Positions 17,018 through 29,300 of a stretch of DNA of 64,000 nucleotides are shown piece after piece. Numbering within the stretch: the stretch's first letter is position 1; every line of letters begins with the position of its first letter. The translations under genes and the position numbers were made by a program. The notes under the pieces are model-generated. The model had not been told where the DNA came from and did no database searches. It worked only from the letters and a program-made list of their open reading frames with translations. The DNA is from Raillietiella orientalis (lineage: Eukaryota). The stretch lies in the NCBI GenBank assembly GCA_036172245.1, contig JAYWIR010000010.1:2542001-2606000 (forward strand). The letters run 5' to 3'.

Positions 17018-20000
17018 TTACTGATTGACAACAGGAGACTTCTTATCATCTGCTTGTGAAGAGGAGCCGGAAGTGGATGTAATACGATCACTACCATTAG
17101 CCCATAAGGTAGAGGCTGACATGGGTGATTCAGAGAAGTTAGTAACAGATTCATCCAATCCTGAACTGGGATCATATTGCGTATTTTCAAGACGAGTAAT
17201 GAGACGTTCATCTTCATCACCAAATTCTCCACCCATTAAAGAAGGTTCACCAACTACCATTACATCTTGGGAGGCTAAAGAAAAACTAGCAGGACCAGGT
17301 GACTTTTTTTTAAGACTTCCAGATCCAGCAGGGGATGATGACACTGCTGAAGAATTACCTGCTGTTGAGCCTTTTCTTTTCCTACGCTTGCTGGCAGGCC
17401 GTTGGCTCTCTATAAACATATGTAATAAAGTCTAACATATTTTACCATGTCACATACCTGGTGGTGCTACCATACGCTGCCACTTCTGAAACAAAGTTGT
17501 TTTCAAACAGTCTCGTGGAGATAATGAGACTGCTCGGTAACTGGACATCAATTCTTGCATAGGTTCTAATATTACACACAACTAGTAATGCAAAATAATT
17601 ATTTAAGCCCTCACATTAATGCATATCTCACTCTCAAATAATTTAATGTTGAATTTGTAATACCACAGCGAGTAAGATTTTTGCTCATTTGTTCCAGCAT
17701 ATTAGGATCTTGTTGCAAATTTAAATATGATCGAGGAATAAGTTCTTTATGAGATTTGACAGCAAAATGCCAAGATTTGATACGCATTAACTCATCAAAT
17801 GAGAACTCCAAAATGAGTCGACCATCTGTACATACCTTCAAGAAGAAACACCAGAGACTTAAATGATGGTATGATTTACATAATATACTTTGGTAAAAAT
17901 AGGTTTCCCTAAAAGTGTAACTACTGTGCACTGATCACAATCAAGCGTCACACTTGTGTTATGGAATGATTCTTTGGGATATCTAAGACAATAATACAAC
18001 TCTGTTGCTCCACCTTCAAAAATACTTCTGAAATAACGAGGAATAAGCGTCCTTCCAATAGCTGATTGAAAAATCATTTCTAAATAAACCAATATTTGAA
18101 GATACTCTTACAGTAACGTTTAGGCCCATCTTCCAGACAAAATGTTAACGTCAGAGTAGCATCATCATCAAAAAATTCAGAAGTAAATGAGTCCCACCAC
18201 AAATTGTCGCTATCCTGTAAAATAGTTTTCATTTAATCCATAAGCTGGAATCACATTATACATACTTCAGTTCTTTGTTGTAATCTTTTATTGAGCTCAT
18301 ATATTCGATAATCCAACTGCGGCTGACCATAAAAAGGAACAGGTCTCCTATATTTAAAATAAAATTAGCACAAGATTTGTAGGAATGAGTCAATTCACAT
18401 TTATAGTTTATTTTTGAATTGCACAAAATTATTTGTGAAAATGAAAATCGCACATTTAGAAAAGCATACATTTAAAAAGAATTATATGATTTAAATTTGG
18501 CTTGGTATTTACCAAATTTGAAATCACACCTTTTTCATGACATTGCTTGTCATAATATGGCTCAACAACCAGGACAAATAAAGAAAAGTTTTCAATTCCT
18601 CATGAACTTCATTATTAGAAATAAACAAAACAAAAACACGCATGCACCATTTAACAAATCAGATATCCAGAACAACAAACAATAATTGCAGGCAACTTTT
18701 CAATAGAACTTCTATGGGTTCCTTTACACAAATGAAACTGCATTTATAAACTACATGTATTTTTGATCTGAATGCATTTAGTAAGATATCGGTTATCCAT
18801 GGGTACACAAATATGTTCAAAAAACATATGCTTTGAAAACGGCTAAGAGTTGCTATCACAGAAAAGCTGGAACATTTCACAAGAGTTTAAAGATTTACAA
18901 AAGCGAAAATGCGAATGAAAAAAGGAATAATAGTACCATGTATAACATTTGCATGCATGAGAAATGCTTTTTTCCACATACAATGAAACAGACAAAGCAA
19001 CCCAAAGCAATGATTAACATTGTTGGTATGATTGCATTAATACACAACAAAACACAAACAAAAAATATCAACTACAAGCAAAAAACACCCAAGACCAACT
19101 CAACAAACTGATATACCTGTAGTACGGATTTCCAAATGGTGTATTATAAAATGGTTCGGAATGTGGTGGCTGGGGAGTCATCATAGGCCTTTGATTAGGG
19201 CCATGCTGTGTTAAGGGAGGCAGGGATTCCGTACCAGATACTGGAGATAATGACATTGCAGCACAGCAGCTGCTGCACTGGCAGCAGGATATTGATTCTT
19301 CATTCAAAGGCACACAGCTAATGTGTGACAAAAATGTCAAATAAAAGTGAAACCACACGAAAATGTGTATTCATTAAAGAAATTCATAAGTTCTGCAGAT
19401 TCTCTTCACTACATGAGCTTTTGTTTCCACAGCTATCCTGCTTATCATGACATACAGGAAAAATCATAGATCTCTGTTTCACTGAATGTGTATCAAAGTT
19501 GGTAGGAATTTTTTTTTTAAAAAAATTCTCACACACATTTGCACTAACATTTGCAACCATCTTAACCATTTTCGATGAAAAAACAAACTTATGTTTACAA
19601 CTTACATCAACAGTTTTATTACTGATACAGAATAGTAAATTAAAAATAAGACTATGGTAATCACAATAAAAGAAATATTGAATAATGCAAAATAATGTAA
19701 GTTTAAACGCAAACATGAAATCAATCACAGTAAAATCAAGCAGAAAAATTCAAAAATGAAACTCTTTTGACAAGATTTCTCAACACTGACACAATTGAAA
19801 GAAGGTTACATAGACTACAAGACACAAACATTTTATTAACAAAGATTAATAGAATACTTACCCATGATCCATCCTATCACCCATGGGTGCAGATATAGTA
19901 TTTGGAAGTAAATGTCCATGAGGTGGACCTGACAATGGACCCCCATGTCCATGGCTTTGAGGATGAGTTCCACCAAAATGAGGGGCAGAATTTGGGGGAA

Positions 20001-20517
20001 AAGGATGCCCAGAACTGGAGAAACCAGTTCCATGTATCTGACCTAGATGGGAGGGATGTGCACTGAGAATAGGGCCATTGTAGTGTGATGCACTTCCAGC
20101 ACCAAATCCTGAACCTATAGCACCTGGATGACAATTTGGTGTTGGTCCTGGTGGAAAAGTGGACCCTGGTCCAGGAGTAGAGGCACCTGAAGGAGCTGGA
20201 GATGAAGTATAACTAGGCAATGCAGCAAGCGGATGGAGGGGGCCAGCAGCACCAAAAGTACTATGTGATCCAGGACCAGGAGATGAACCGGGATAATTGG
20301 GAGATGGTCCAGAGTATCCTTGGGAATTAGCTACACCAATAGGGGTTCCTGGTCCAGAATAAGTAGGTGTAGAAGCATTAGATGGAGCACCAAAGGGTGA
20401 ATGCCCAGGACCAAGAGAGCCAGAACCATCACCCAAATGAGGTCCCTTCCACGTAGGGTCGTCCAGTGTGGAAGGAGGAAGAGCCAGCGACACCGCCAGC
20501 TCGAAAAGAATTGCCGG
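17018..20517 (-). CDS. LDB1: LIM-domain-binding protein (LDB1/2, Chip); 5' end not resolved
   Basis: Exons encode DYRIYELNKRLQQRTE, DSDNLWWDSFTSEFFDDDATLTLTFCLEDGPKRY, IGRTLIPRYFRSIFEGG, VCTDGRLILEF, NLS KRRKRK and LID DVMVVGEPSLMGGEFGDEDERLITRLENTQYD. A large Pro/Gly/His-rich exon at 19862-20517 is preceded by a TTTTAG acceptor. Confidence 0.95.
18835..18976. repeat. Dispersed ~140-bp repeat, copy 2, inside an LDB intron
   Basis: Aligns by eye with 15820-15970. Confidence 0.8.
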
Positions 20518-21398
20518 CTAAAATTATATATTATGACATTAATAGCAACACCAACATCAATTAGCTACTATAATTGCTAATATTTCAGAAAAACTGAATG
20601 GATAAAATAATCCAGAAAAACATATCTCAGATGTTTGCATAAATGTAAACACATGTAGCCTGAACAAATATTTTCATATATTTTATTAGAAATATACGAA
20701 AATTGCGTTTTCTATAAATAAATAAATAAATAAAAAAAAAAAAAAAAAAAAAAAAGAGTTCAACTTTGGCATAAGGAGAAAATCTATATTTCACAGGCAA
20801 CTGCAAATACACAGTTGACTTAATTACTCAAGTTAACAAGCATAGCCCATCTGTTTGCAACTTTTATCTCTACCTATTATTATTTTCACATTTTTGAAAA
20901 AATATTCAACATTCATTAATGTAGGTTCACCTTCTTTGCAGTAACCTCTCAAGAAAATTTCAATTCACTTCATATTCATCAGTTGATAAATCATAAAACT
21001 TGATAGATTAGTCAATAATCTTACAGAAAAACGGTGCTTATGATCACTATTTTAACTGCATTTTTCTCATTTCGGAACCTATTGCTGAAAATCGAAATAA
21101 TCTTTTTACAAAAATACCTGCTTCAAGTGCTCCCCAAATTAAAACAGGCTATTGCCTATTTTGTTTAACCAACACATATCACATTCTTGAAGGACAAATT
21201 ATCACATATGCAACCAAAATAAAAAAAGGTTGGACACAATACTCCTAACTATTTTAAAACCTGTACAAAAACTCTGAACACACTTAAGCTCCCACACCTA
21301 CATCTTTGCATCTTAGTGTGATACTGTTACTTGTATCATCCTTCGCTGTAATAGGTATGCATAAGAAAAAAAAACAAGAAAATTTCAAATAAGTGTTT

Positions 21399-21445
21399 AG
21401 TCCATCAGTCTGCATCAAATACAATTTGATGCAGATTGATGGACT
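21399..21445. repeat. Near-perfect 22-bp inverted repeat (hairpin, 3-nt loop)
   Basis: AGTCCATCAGTCTGCATCAAAT-ACA-ATTTGATGCAGATTGATGGACT, with one G:T mismatch. Confidence 0.9.
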
Positions 21446-24400
21446 CCAAAACCAATCGTCTAAAACAAATTTAATCTTTTTATTTCACATATGCTCCCAG
21501 AACTTCTATTAACAAATTACTCTATAAGATTGTTAAATTGGAAAGCAAATACAAAACTTAAGAGAGAGAGAAAAAAAAGGGTGTAAAACACAAAACACCA
21601 GGTAATTATAAACAAAAACATTTGAAAAATGAAATGTAAGAAGAAAAAATCATTTAAACCTACTCACTATAGAAAAGCTTCCTAATTATATTATAAAGAA
21701 TTACAAACATGCACTTATTAACGGAATGAACTGCTGGAAAAATTATAGATTTGGAAGTTGTCCCAGTTGCTAAATAAGTAATGTGGTCCTTAATTTAATT
21801 ACACAGAAAGTTTGGAATATTTGTTAACAATAGTGTTCCTGAAAACTGAATTTTCTAAGTTACTTCCAAAGATAACAAAAGATCGAAAAATAATTACACC
21901 GATTAAATCGAATCTAAAAGTGAATGGCTCAAAGCAAATAAAATCCCTTTATAATCTTACTCAATCTAATGACATAACAAAAATACAATCAGAAAAAGTA
22001 AAATGCAAATTTCTAACCTCTTTGTTTATTCATTGGATTTATTTTGTGATAAAACTCTTACTTAAAACCAATTGCTACAAATTCAAGAAATACTTGGACA
22101 AAACCTTCATCCCATTCAAGGTAATATCATACTGAATGCTACCATACACAGTTTTTATATTTTTAAAACTCTTACCTTCTTTACAATTAAAAGATTATCA
22201 TTTCATCCTTGCTTCATGATAAACACAAGATTTTAAATTTCACGAACTTATAATTTTATTCAGTTTTCTTGATGAACAGGTGTTAAACTAACTGCAAAAG
22301 AGACATTCATAAAAGTGACGCACAAAATTATTAAAGTTAAACATGGTTAAACACGATTGGACTAAAAAATTCTGCCAAATCAACGTCAAATTAAGCATAA
22401 CAAATACTAAGGAATGACTTTAAAGGTATTAGATAATTTCGAGAACTGAAAAATCTATACGTATCTTGTGCATACAATTACCAAAATTCGATAAAAATTC
22501 ATTTAATTAAATTCAACCAACATGGAGGTACAGCATACGTAATTCCCATCATAGAAACACGAATATAAATTTTCATGACACTGAGGCACTAACACTTCAA
22601 ATATATTTATGCTCTTAATTATAAAAAACGAATAATTCCATATAAAAAATTATCAGGCGGAAGCAGAAACGACCAGCTTAAACTACTGTTAAAATATTCA
22701 CACAACAACAGTAAAAGGCTTTCAGATAATACTCACAAAGATAATTAAATTGCATACTAAAATAAATTTTTTAATGAGTGATTGCAAGGTTTTTCCGCCA
22801 TTCACCAATACACAACTTTTTTCAATATTGCAGTTCTTACATGTTATAAGCAAAATACTAATTTTTGTTTACTACACATAGTTTAACAACACAATACTCT
22901 TGTAAAAAAAACCTACAAACGAAACCAACCTTTCATATAGTAAAAGTCGATTATTTTTTTAGAATTCATTATTAGTACTCTTGATGCTACTGTGGGATTC
23001 CATCTTGCTTCATATGAAAATAAAACGTATTTCCGCAAAGCATTTCCTTCTTTGAGATATGTAAATTCCTTGATTCTAATGTAACCAGATATTAAAAAAA
23101 TGATTTTCATCCTATAACAAACTATAATAACAATACTACAGAATCAAAGTATCCCAAACACTTAACGTTTTCAAGATCAAATACTGTGTTAAACTACAGG
23201 ACCAATTTCAATCAATATCGTTCAAAAAAACATAAAGAAAAAAAGAAGCTTGTGTTTATTAAAATAATACGCTATGATTTTCATGGGTTACTGGAAATCA
23301 GAAGATTTATATTACGACTCTCGAAAAACCAATGTTAATATTCCAAAGAACAATAATGTTTTGCTTTTGAAACTTCAAAAAAATTCTTCATGTCATCCAA
23401 CTCCTTGTAGTAAATCACATTACTACGATTTGTTTAAGTACAAATATTCACTTGTGTTGGTTCACATATAAACGGAGAAAAAAATTTCATAAATGGATCA
23501 AAGTTCTTTCATCAAAGGGGCTTGCAAAAGTTAAAGTCTGGAGACACGTCCTTGGGTGAAAGTGTATAAGCGTATAACACGTATCAATCACATATGGTTA
23601 ATACAAGAAAACATCTGCAAGCAGTATTGAATTCATGAATACTTTACAACAGTTGCACCAAATTTTAAAGCAGATAATTAAGAAATTCCTTCACGATCCC
23701 TTGAAGTATTAATTGCACTCATTAGTAGTGAATCCAAAGTTATCATAAAACCATGAATAAAAGCATCAATAACCAAATATAACTACTAAACTGAAAATGT
23801 AAAAAAAATCATGCAACTAAAAAATTAAATGAGATTTCATCAGACAGTGAAATACGAGATTTTAATTAATCACAAGAATAGTGGTAACTCTTAACAAAAA
23901 TTCAAGATCTACGAGTTTTTTTTAAATACGGTACATCAAGGTACAAAGCTTCAAATGCATACGATTTCGTATTATAGATAACAATCCTGTTAATAAATGT
24001 AAATAATGTTTTATATCGTAGAAGTGCTATCGTTGCTTTATGTATATTGATATTTTTCCCTGTTTTTTTCGAAAGAATGTTTTGACTTCATAATACAGAT
24101 TGTAGGTACGTGTGCATATAAAAAATGTTATAATTGATCATTATGAGAAACCACAAAAAATAAATGCAAATCTGAAACCAGAATATTCACTTTGATCGGG
24201 ACAAATGATTTTGGTAACTAATGTGCAATAATTGCAAATATAACTTACAAGATTTCTTAGGTATTTCTACTTTCTTGAATATTTATTAATTACTTGATGC
24301 AAAGTTTCTATGTTCAGAGCTTTTCTGGTAAGATCTCATCTACAATCCTTTTAACTTTCCACGTTTTTCAAGCAACAATTTACTGAAAAGATTTCCTAAG

Positions 24401-27143
24401 GGAAACACTCCATGTCAAGGCAGACAACGGAATATTACCGCAGAGACTTATCATCTTAGGTGGAGTATCTTTTTTAATGAGTTTACTTTAGAGTTCGGAT
24501 TCAAAGGTTATATTGCATTTCAAGCTTATCTTAATATCTCCATAATAAACACTGGCTCCCATTGGTTCATTACGAAGTCAATCATGCTGTATGAATAACT
24601 TCTAAGGAGTTCATCGAAATGGTATTTTCTCGTATATTTGTCGCGTTTTTTTCTAAAAAAAAAATAAAAATGATTTCCAAATGGATGGCGATAGAGGTCA
24701 AATAAGTTAAAAGTTATTTCTAACTTTGATAGTAAGCTTCAAAGTGAATGGAATTCTATAGTTTATTATACTGTGGATTTACTTTGAACACAGTTTTTAT
24801 CATCTGGGGTTTGAAAAACTAACAAACTTGTGCAGGTATAGGATTTCAACTTACGAAGCTCTACTCGTAATTTCATTTTTAAAGAACAAATGCTTTAATG
24901 ATAAAACAAAAGTATGCGTGGCTACGTATGTATGTGCATTCTCAGAGACAGTATTAATTCCTCTGAAGTTTAACTTTCAAGGAGTCCATGGTTTTTGGAG
25001 AAATAGAAAAATGAAACGTTTGAATTACTAATCTAAGTAGCTATAGAAACTTGCTGCTTTCTACTTACGTTCATATCACATGTTTAGTCGAATATAGTGA
25101 GTCAAAATACTTGAAAAATTTTTTGTTTGTCAGTTAATTACTCTTTATTGAAGAGCTGACTTTTCATTCAGCTGTTAAAAAAAATGGTTAGTTATGTTTC
25201 TGTGTTATATTATATTTAGAAAAAAGCCGATTTTCTCTTGAAGAAAATCTTATTTCAAGCGAAATGTTTTTATTATTTTTGAACTACAGGCTTCATGCTT
25301 AAATTAATTTCACTTTTACACATCTTTGCAATACTAACTAAAACAAACGAGTCAAGCAGAACCAATAACTTTTATTTCACTCTTAAATACACAATAATTT
25401 CATGAAATATCTTTGGTTTCATCACGACGCTTATTATGTAGCAAAGATCACCAGTGATTTTTTATTGCTCGCAATTGAATCTCTCTTCATTCATAATTAT
25501 TAATGATTGCATTCCATTTAAGTTATTAAAAGTGCCTCTAAATGAAACTACAGAACTTCAGAATCTCGTTTTAAATGCTTCATATATGCATGAATATATT
25601 CAATAATCCAAGTTGCAATTTCTGCTTACAGCATTCAGTCTGCAGCATTGCGTGCATCTGACGAGAAAATATTTCGTGCGTTATGTTCTCGAGTTATCAG
25701 CATAGAATTCGTAGCAGGGAAATATGAGCACAAAACAAATAATCGTGAACTTCATTTGTTTTGGATTTGCCACTTCTTGAGACTATTTAGTTCACTTTAT
25801 TTTTTGTACTTTTGCTGTTTATATTTCCGAAGAATCATGTAACTTCCCTGATAAATAGGATGATTTTTTAGGATTCGATTTTTATCATTTTTAGTATCCC
25901 GCTCAAACTAATTTCTTAAATGATTTACTTTAACGTATAAAGGCTTGAAAATCCAGATGGTTTGTATGTCTTTCCATTTAAAAAACATTTTTTTCACCAT
26001 ATTTCCATAGAAAAGCTCAATCGATCTTAACCATCGTACTAAAACAAGTTCAAATATTGGCCAAGTTTTCTTGAATTTTCCTTTTAAGTGATCCATTTGT
26101 GCATGAAATCCGACTGTTTATTTCATCTTTCCTATTTTCTTTTGCTTGCTCTTAAAATGTGGAATTCTGATATGAGTATGACGAAGAAAAAAAAAACTAT
26201 AAAATGCGTGCAAAAAGTTTAGAATCCACAGAATCAGGCATCTAATATAATGGCATTCGTTTCTTGTATAATTTTCCATACAGAGAACGCTGTTATAATC
26301 TTAATAACCGCAACTCGGAAGGAGGAAGGTATGTTTTGTGCAAGTGGGGATCTATTTATCCACCAGATTGATTTTCGTGTTTTAGCTGTGAATTTTCATC
26401 TCTCAGACTCATGAAGTCGCCATCTATAATCAACAGCAATAATTAAATAACATGAAAATACTGCTTCGTTGTATGGATAAATATGAAGAATCTGAAAACT
26501 GTAAGCAGATAAAAATTACAATTCTTACTTTTTCTTTTGAAAATAAGTTTGAGGTTGCACAACAAGCTATCTATGATAGGACAGTGGATCCACTCAAAGG
26601 TGACTTACCTATTTATTCTGAATCAGCATTAGTAAAGAAAGTATTCTTATATACTAAGTTCATATAATTATCCAATTACTACAAGAACATTTATTTTCTC
26701 TATGGTTTTTCATACAGAAAACGCTGTTATAACCTTAGTGACTGCAAGTCAGGAGGAACATAACTCTGTGTGGTATGTGTAAAGTCGTCGACCGGTGTTC
26801 TCCATGAGTATTCTTCTAACATCAAGTTAATTATTTCAGCACTTCAGAAGGCGTGATTACTTTACGATTTACCAATACATCAACGCAAGTCAAATATTGC
26901 CCGGAGAGTTCAAAGCGATAATCTGATTCTCATTTAATGGCTCAGGAGAGTTTGTAATTGGGTCCACAAGCGTTCCTCTTTGAATGCTGTGTTTCTTTTG
27001 TGAGATTAGAACATCTATGCGGTGCACATGCAATATGGTCACCTTGGATAAAGGAAACTTTTGACATAAGCTTGACATAGTCAACATTTTAAGTTTTCTC
27101 TCATTCGATAGAAGAAACTTTTATTTTCTCAACCGCGTTAAAG

Positions 27144-27880
27144 ATGGGAAAAAATAAGAGAAATTCATCAACCATTCAAGCCAGAGGTTAGGTATTCTAC
27201 GTGGAATCGAGAAGGGAACGGAGGTGAAAGTTTGAAAGGCGACGCGGATCAATCAACCATCTCGAAGATGGTGAGAAATAGGGAGGAGCCCGAGTCGCCC
27301 CCATGCGGCGATGTCCCGCAACACCGAAAAATGGGGGCGATGGCGACCTCGGAAATTCCCGAATCGGAACGAGCTCTATGCTCGTGGTGTTTTCGACAAC
27401 AGCGAGACTTGGAAGACGTCAGCATCGCAAATGAAATCTCGAAACGAAAGGCCACGGAAATTCGTGTCCGGTTGGCACATGGTGGGGAATTTTCGGCAAG
27501 TGGTGGGTGGCTGAGCAACGTCTTCAAAAAGAAAGACGTGCTATCCGCTTGTCGACTGCTGTCCGGGGAGAAACTTTCGTGAGACGCCTCGCAGGTTTCA
27601 GTTTTCTTGGAAAAGTCTAAAGAGATGGTTGAAAGGTTGGCTGAAATTAGATATTGGTTCATGAAAACCAATATCTAATGGAGCAATTCTACAATCGTGA
27701 CGAAACGGGACTGATGTGCCGAACAGGACGAATGTTCATCGGAAGGAAGTAACAGCCCCTGGGAGAAAAAAATAAAAAGGCTCGGGTCACTCGTGCCCGA
27801 TGCCGCGGGTAATCACAAATTGCCCTTCATGATGATTGGGAAGGCCACTCGTCCAGGCTGCTTCAAAAATGTTCAAAAAT
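27144..27880 (+). mobile_element. Decayed pogo/Tigger (jerky/CENP-B-like) DNA transposase remnant
   Basis: CENP-B-type HTH segments DQSTISKMVRNRE and ERALCSWCFRQQR...EFSASGGWLSNVFKKK...LSGEKLS; DDE-domain motifs QFYNRDETGL and AAGNHKLPFMMIGKATRPGCFK. Interrupted by stops and frameshifts; no TIRs identified. Confidence 0.85.
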
Positions 27881-28891
27881 TTCGTCTCGACAAAGTCATT
27901 GACTCGTTCAACTTAGCTATGGGGCCGTCAGGAATCGTCTGCCTTCCTGTTCATGATGTTCTCCTCCTGAGAAGAACACGGGAAAAAACGATCGTGAAGA
28001 AGTTTGAATAAAATTTCATATTGTATCATCATCGTTTACTGTACACTATCATTCTTTTAACTTTTGTGGTGTTACTAAATTTGATTGTGGAAACTCTGTA
28101 CAATTTCGTTTCTTTTATTTCATTATCCAAACTTTTTTTTTTATTCCGACTGCCCGTCTCGAAGCAATCTACAGCATTCTGTACAGGCAGCATTTTTAAA
28201 ATTCTGATTCCAGCAAAGGTGAGCACATCGCCTGAGAAGGGAAAAGCAAACGAAGTGCGGTAAGCCAAATTTTCTTCGTTCCAAAGTAAATGTCACACGA
28301 TGCACGTGCATCCTTATGATGTCGTACACTCGTCCTGCACATAATGTAAATGGTGAGCGTAATTCGTGTTTTGCCCCTGACAAAGGTGCCGCAAAGAAAC
28401 AAATTCTTCAATTATGGCCGACTCAGTTTAGCAATTTACTGCAGAAAGCCTACAGAAATAAACTACGACAGTTTTAGAAGAATTTGTTATCACGGCTAAT
28501 TCTAAGAAAAACGGTGTTTGGAATATATGGGTAATTGAAAATGATAACGGTTCACTGCTGCACCCATTTATGCGGCGACGTTTATGGAAAATGAAGTCTA
28601 TTGAAGTCTGCTCTTTAATAGGAGAGTGCTTTGCCACCAGGTATTCATTTGGAGCTGGGTTGTCTACGGATACCAACTTCTGATTCCTTCGTTTTCTTAA
28701 GGGGTGAAGTTTTTGTTTCTTGGATCCGGTGCACTAGATATTCAGAAATCGCCGCATCACTCCAATTCATTATTTAAGTACAAAGAGCAAAGAAATGCTG
28801 TAATGTGCCATGTTTTCACAACATAATTCTGTTTTTACCCGTGAATTCTTAAGCTTCAGTTAACATTCAGATTGCAGGCGAAGTTCTGGTA

Positions 28892-29300
28892 ATGCAAGCA
28901 CACAAACAGGTGTTGATTGTTGATCCTCCTCAAGAACTTTGTTTTAAAGGTCCATTTACTGACATAGTGGCATTCTATTTAAAACTTACCAATTCTATTA
29001 ACCAAGATCAACATCTTTGAACTCAAGAGAACTCCCTGTTATTGTGCTAAACCAAATTGCCCCCAAAGACACAGCTACAGTAGTAATGTTGCAACTAGCT
29101 GAATTTGATCCTGCTGACTAAATCAGGCATGATTTCATGCTTGATTGTTTTCAAGTTTCAGAGCCCTCAGTGCCCAAACTGACTGCATCATGGTGCACTC
29201 AGTTTTGGCACTGATGGCTCTGAAGCTTTTGAAAACATGGAATAATGTTAGTCCTGATGCTCTCATGTACACCAAGCTGGAATGTGTATTTGTGATGCTT
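28892..29300 (+). pseudogene. VAP (VAMP-associated protein, MSP domain) pseudogene
   Basis: MQAHKQVLIVDPPQELCFKGPFTDIVAFYLKLTN matches the VAPA/B N-terminus (EQILVLDPP..LKFKGPFTDVV). Later pieces YCAKPN, VMLQLAEFDP and KTWNNVSPDALMYTKLECVF (cf. LMDSKLRCVF) are broken by stops and frameshifts. Confidence 0.85.
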
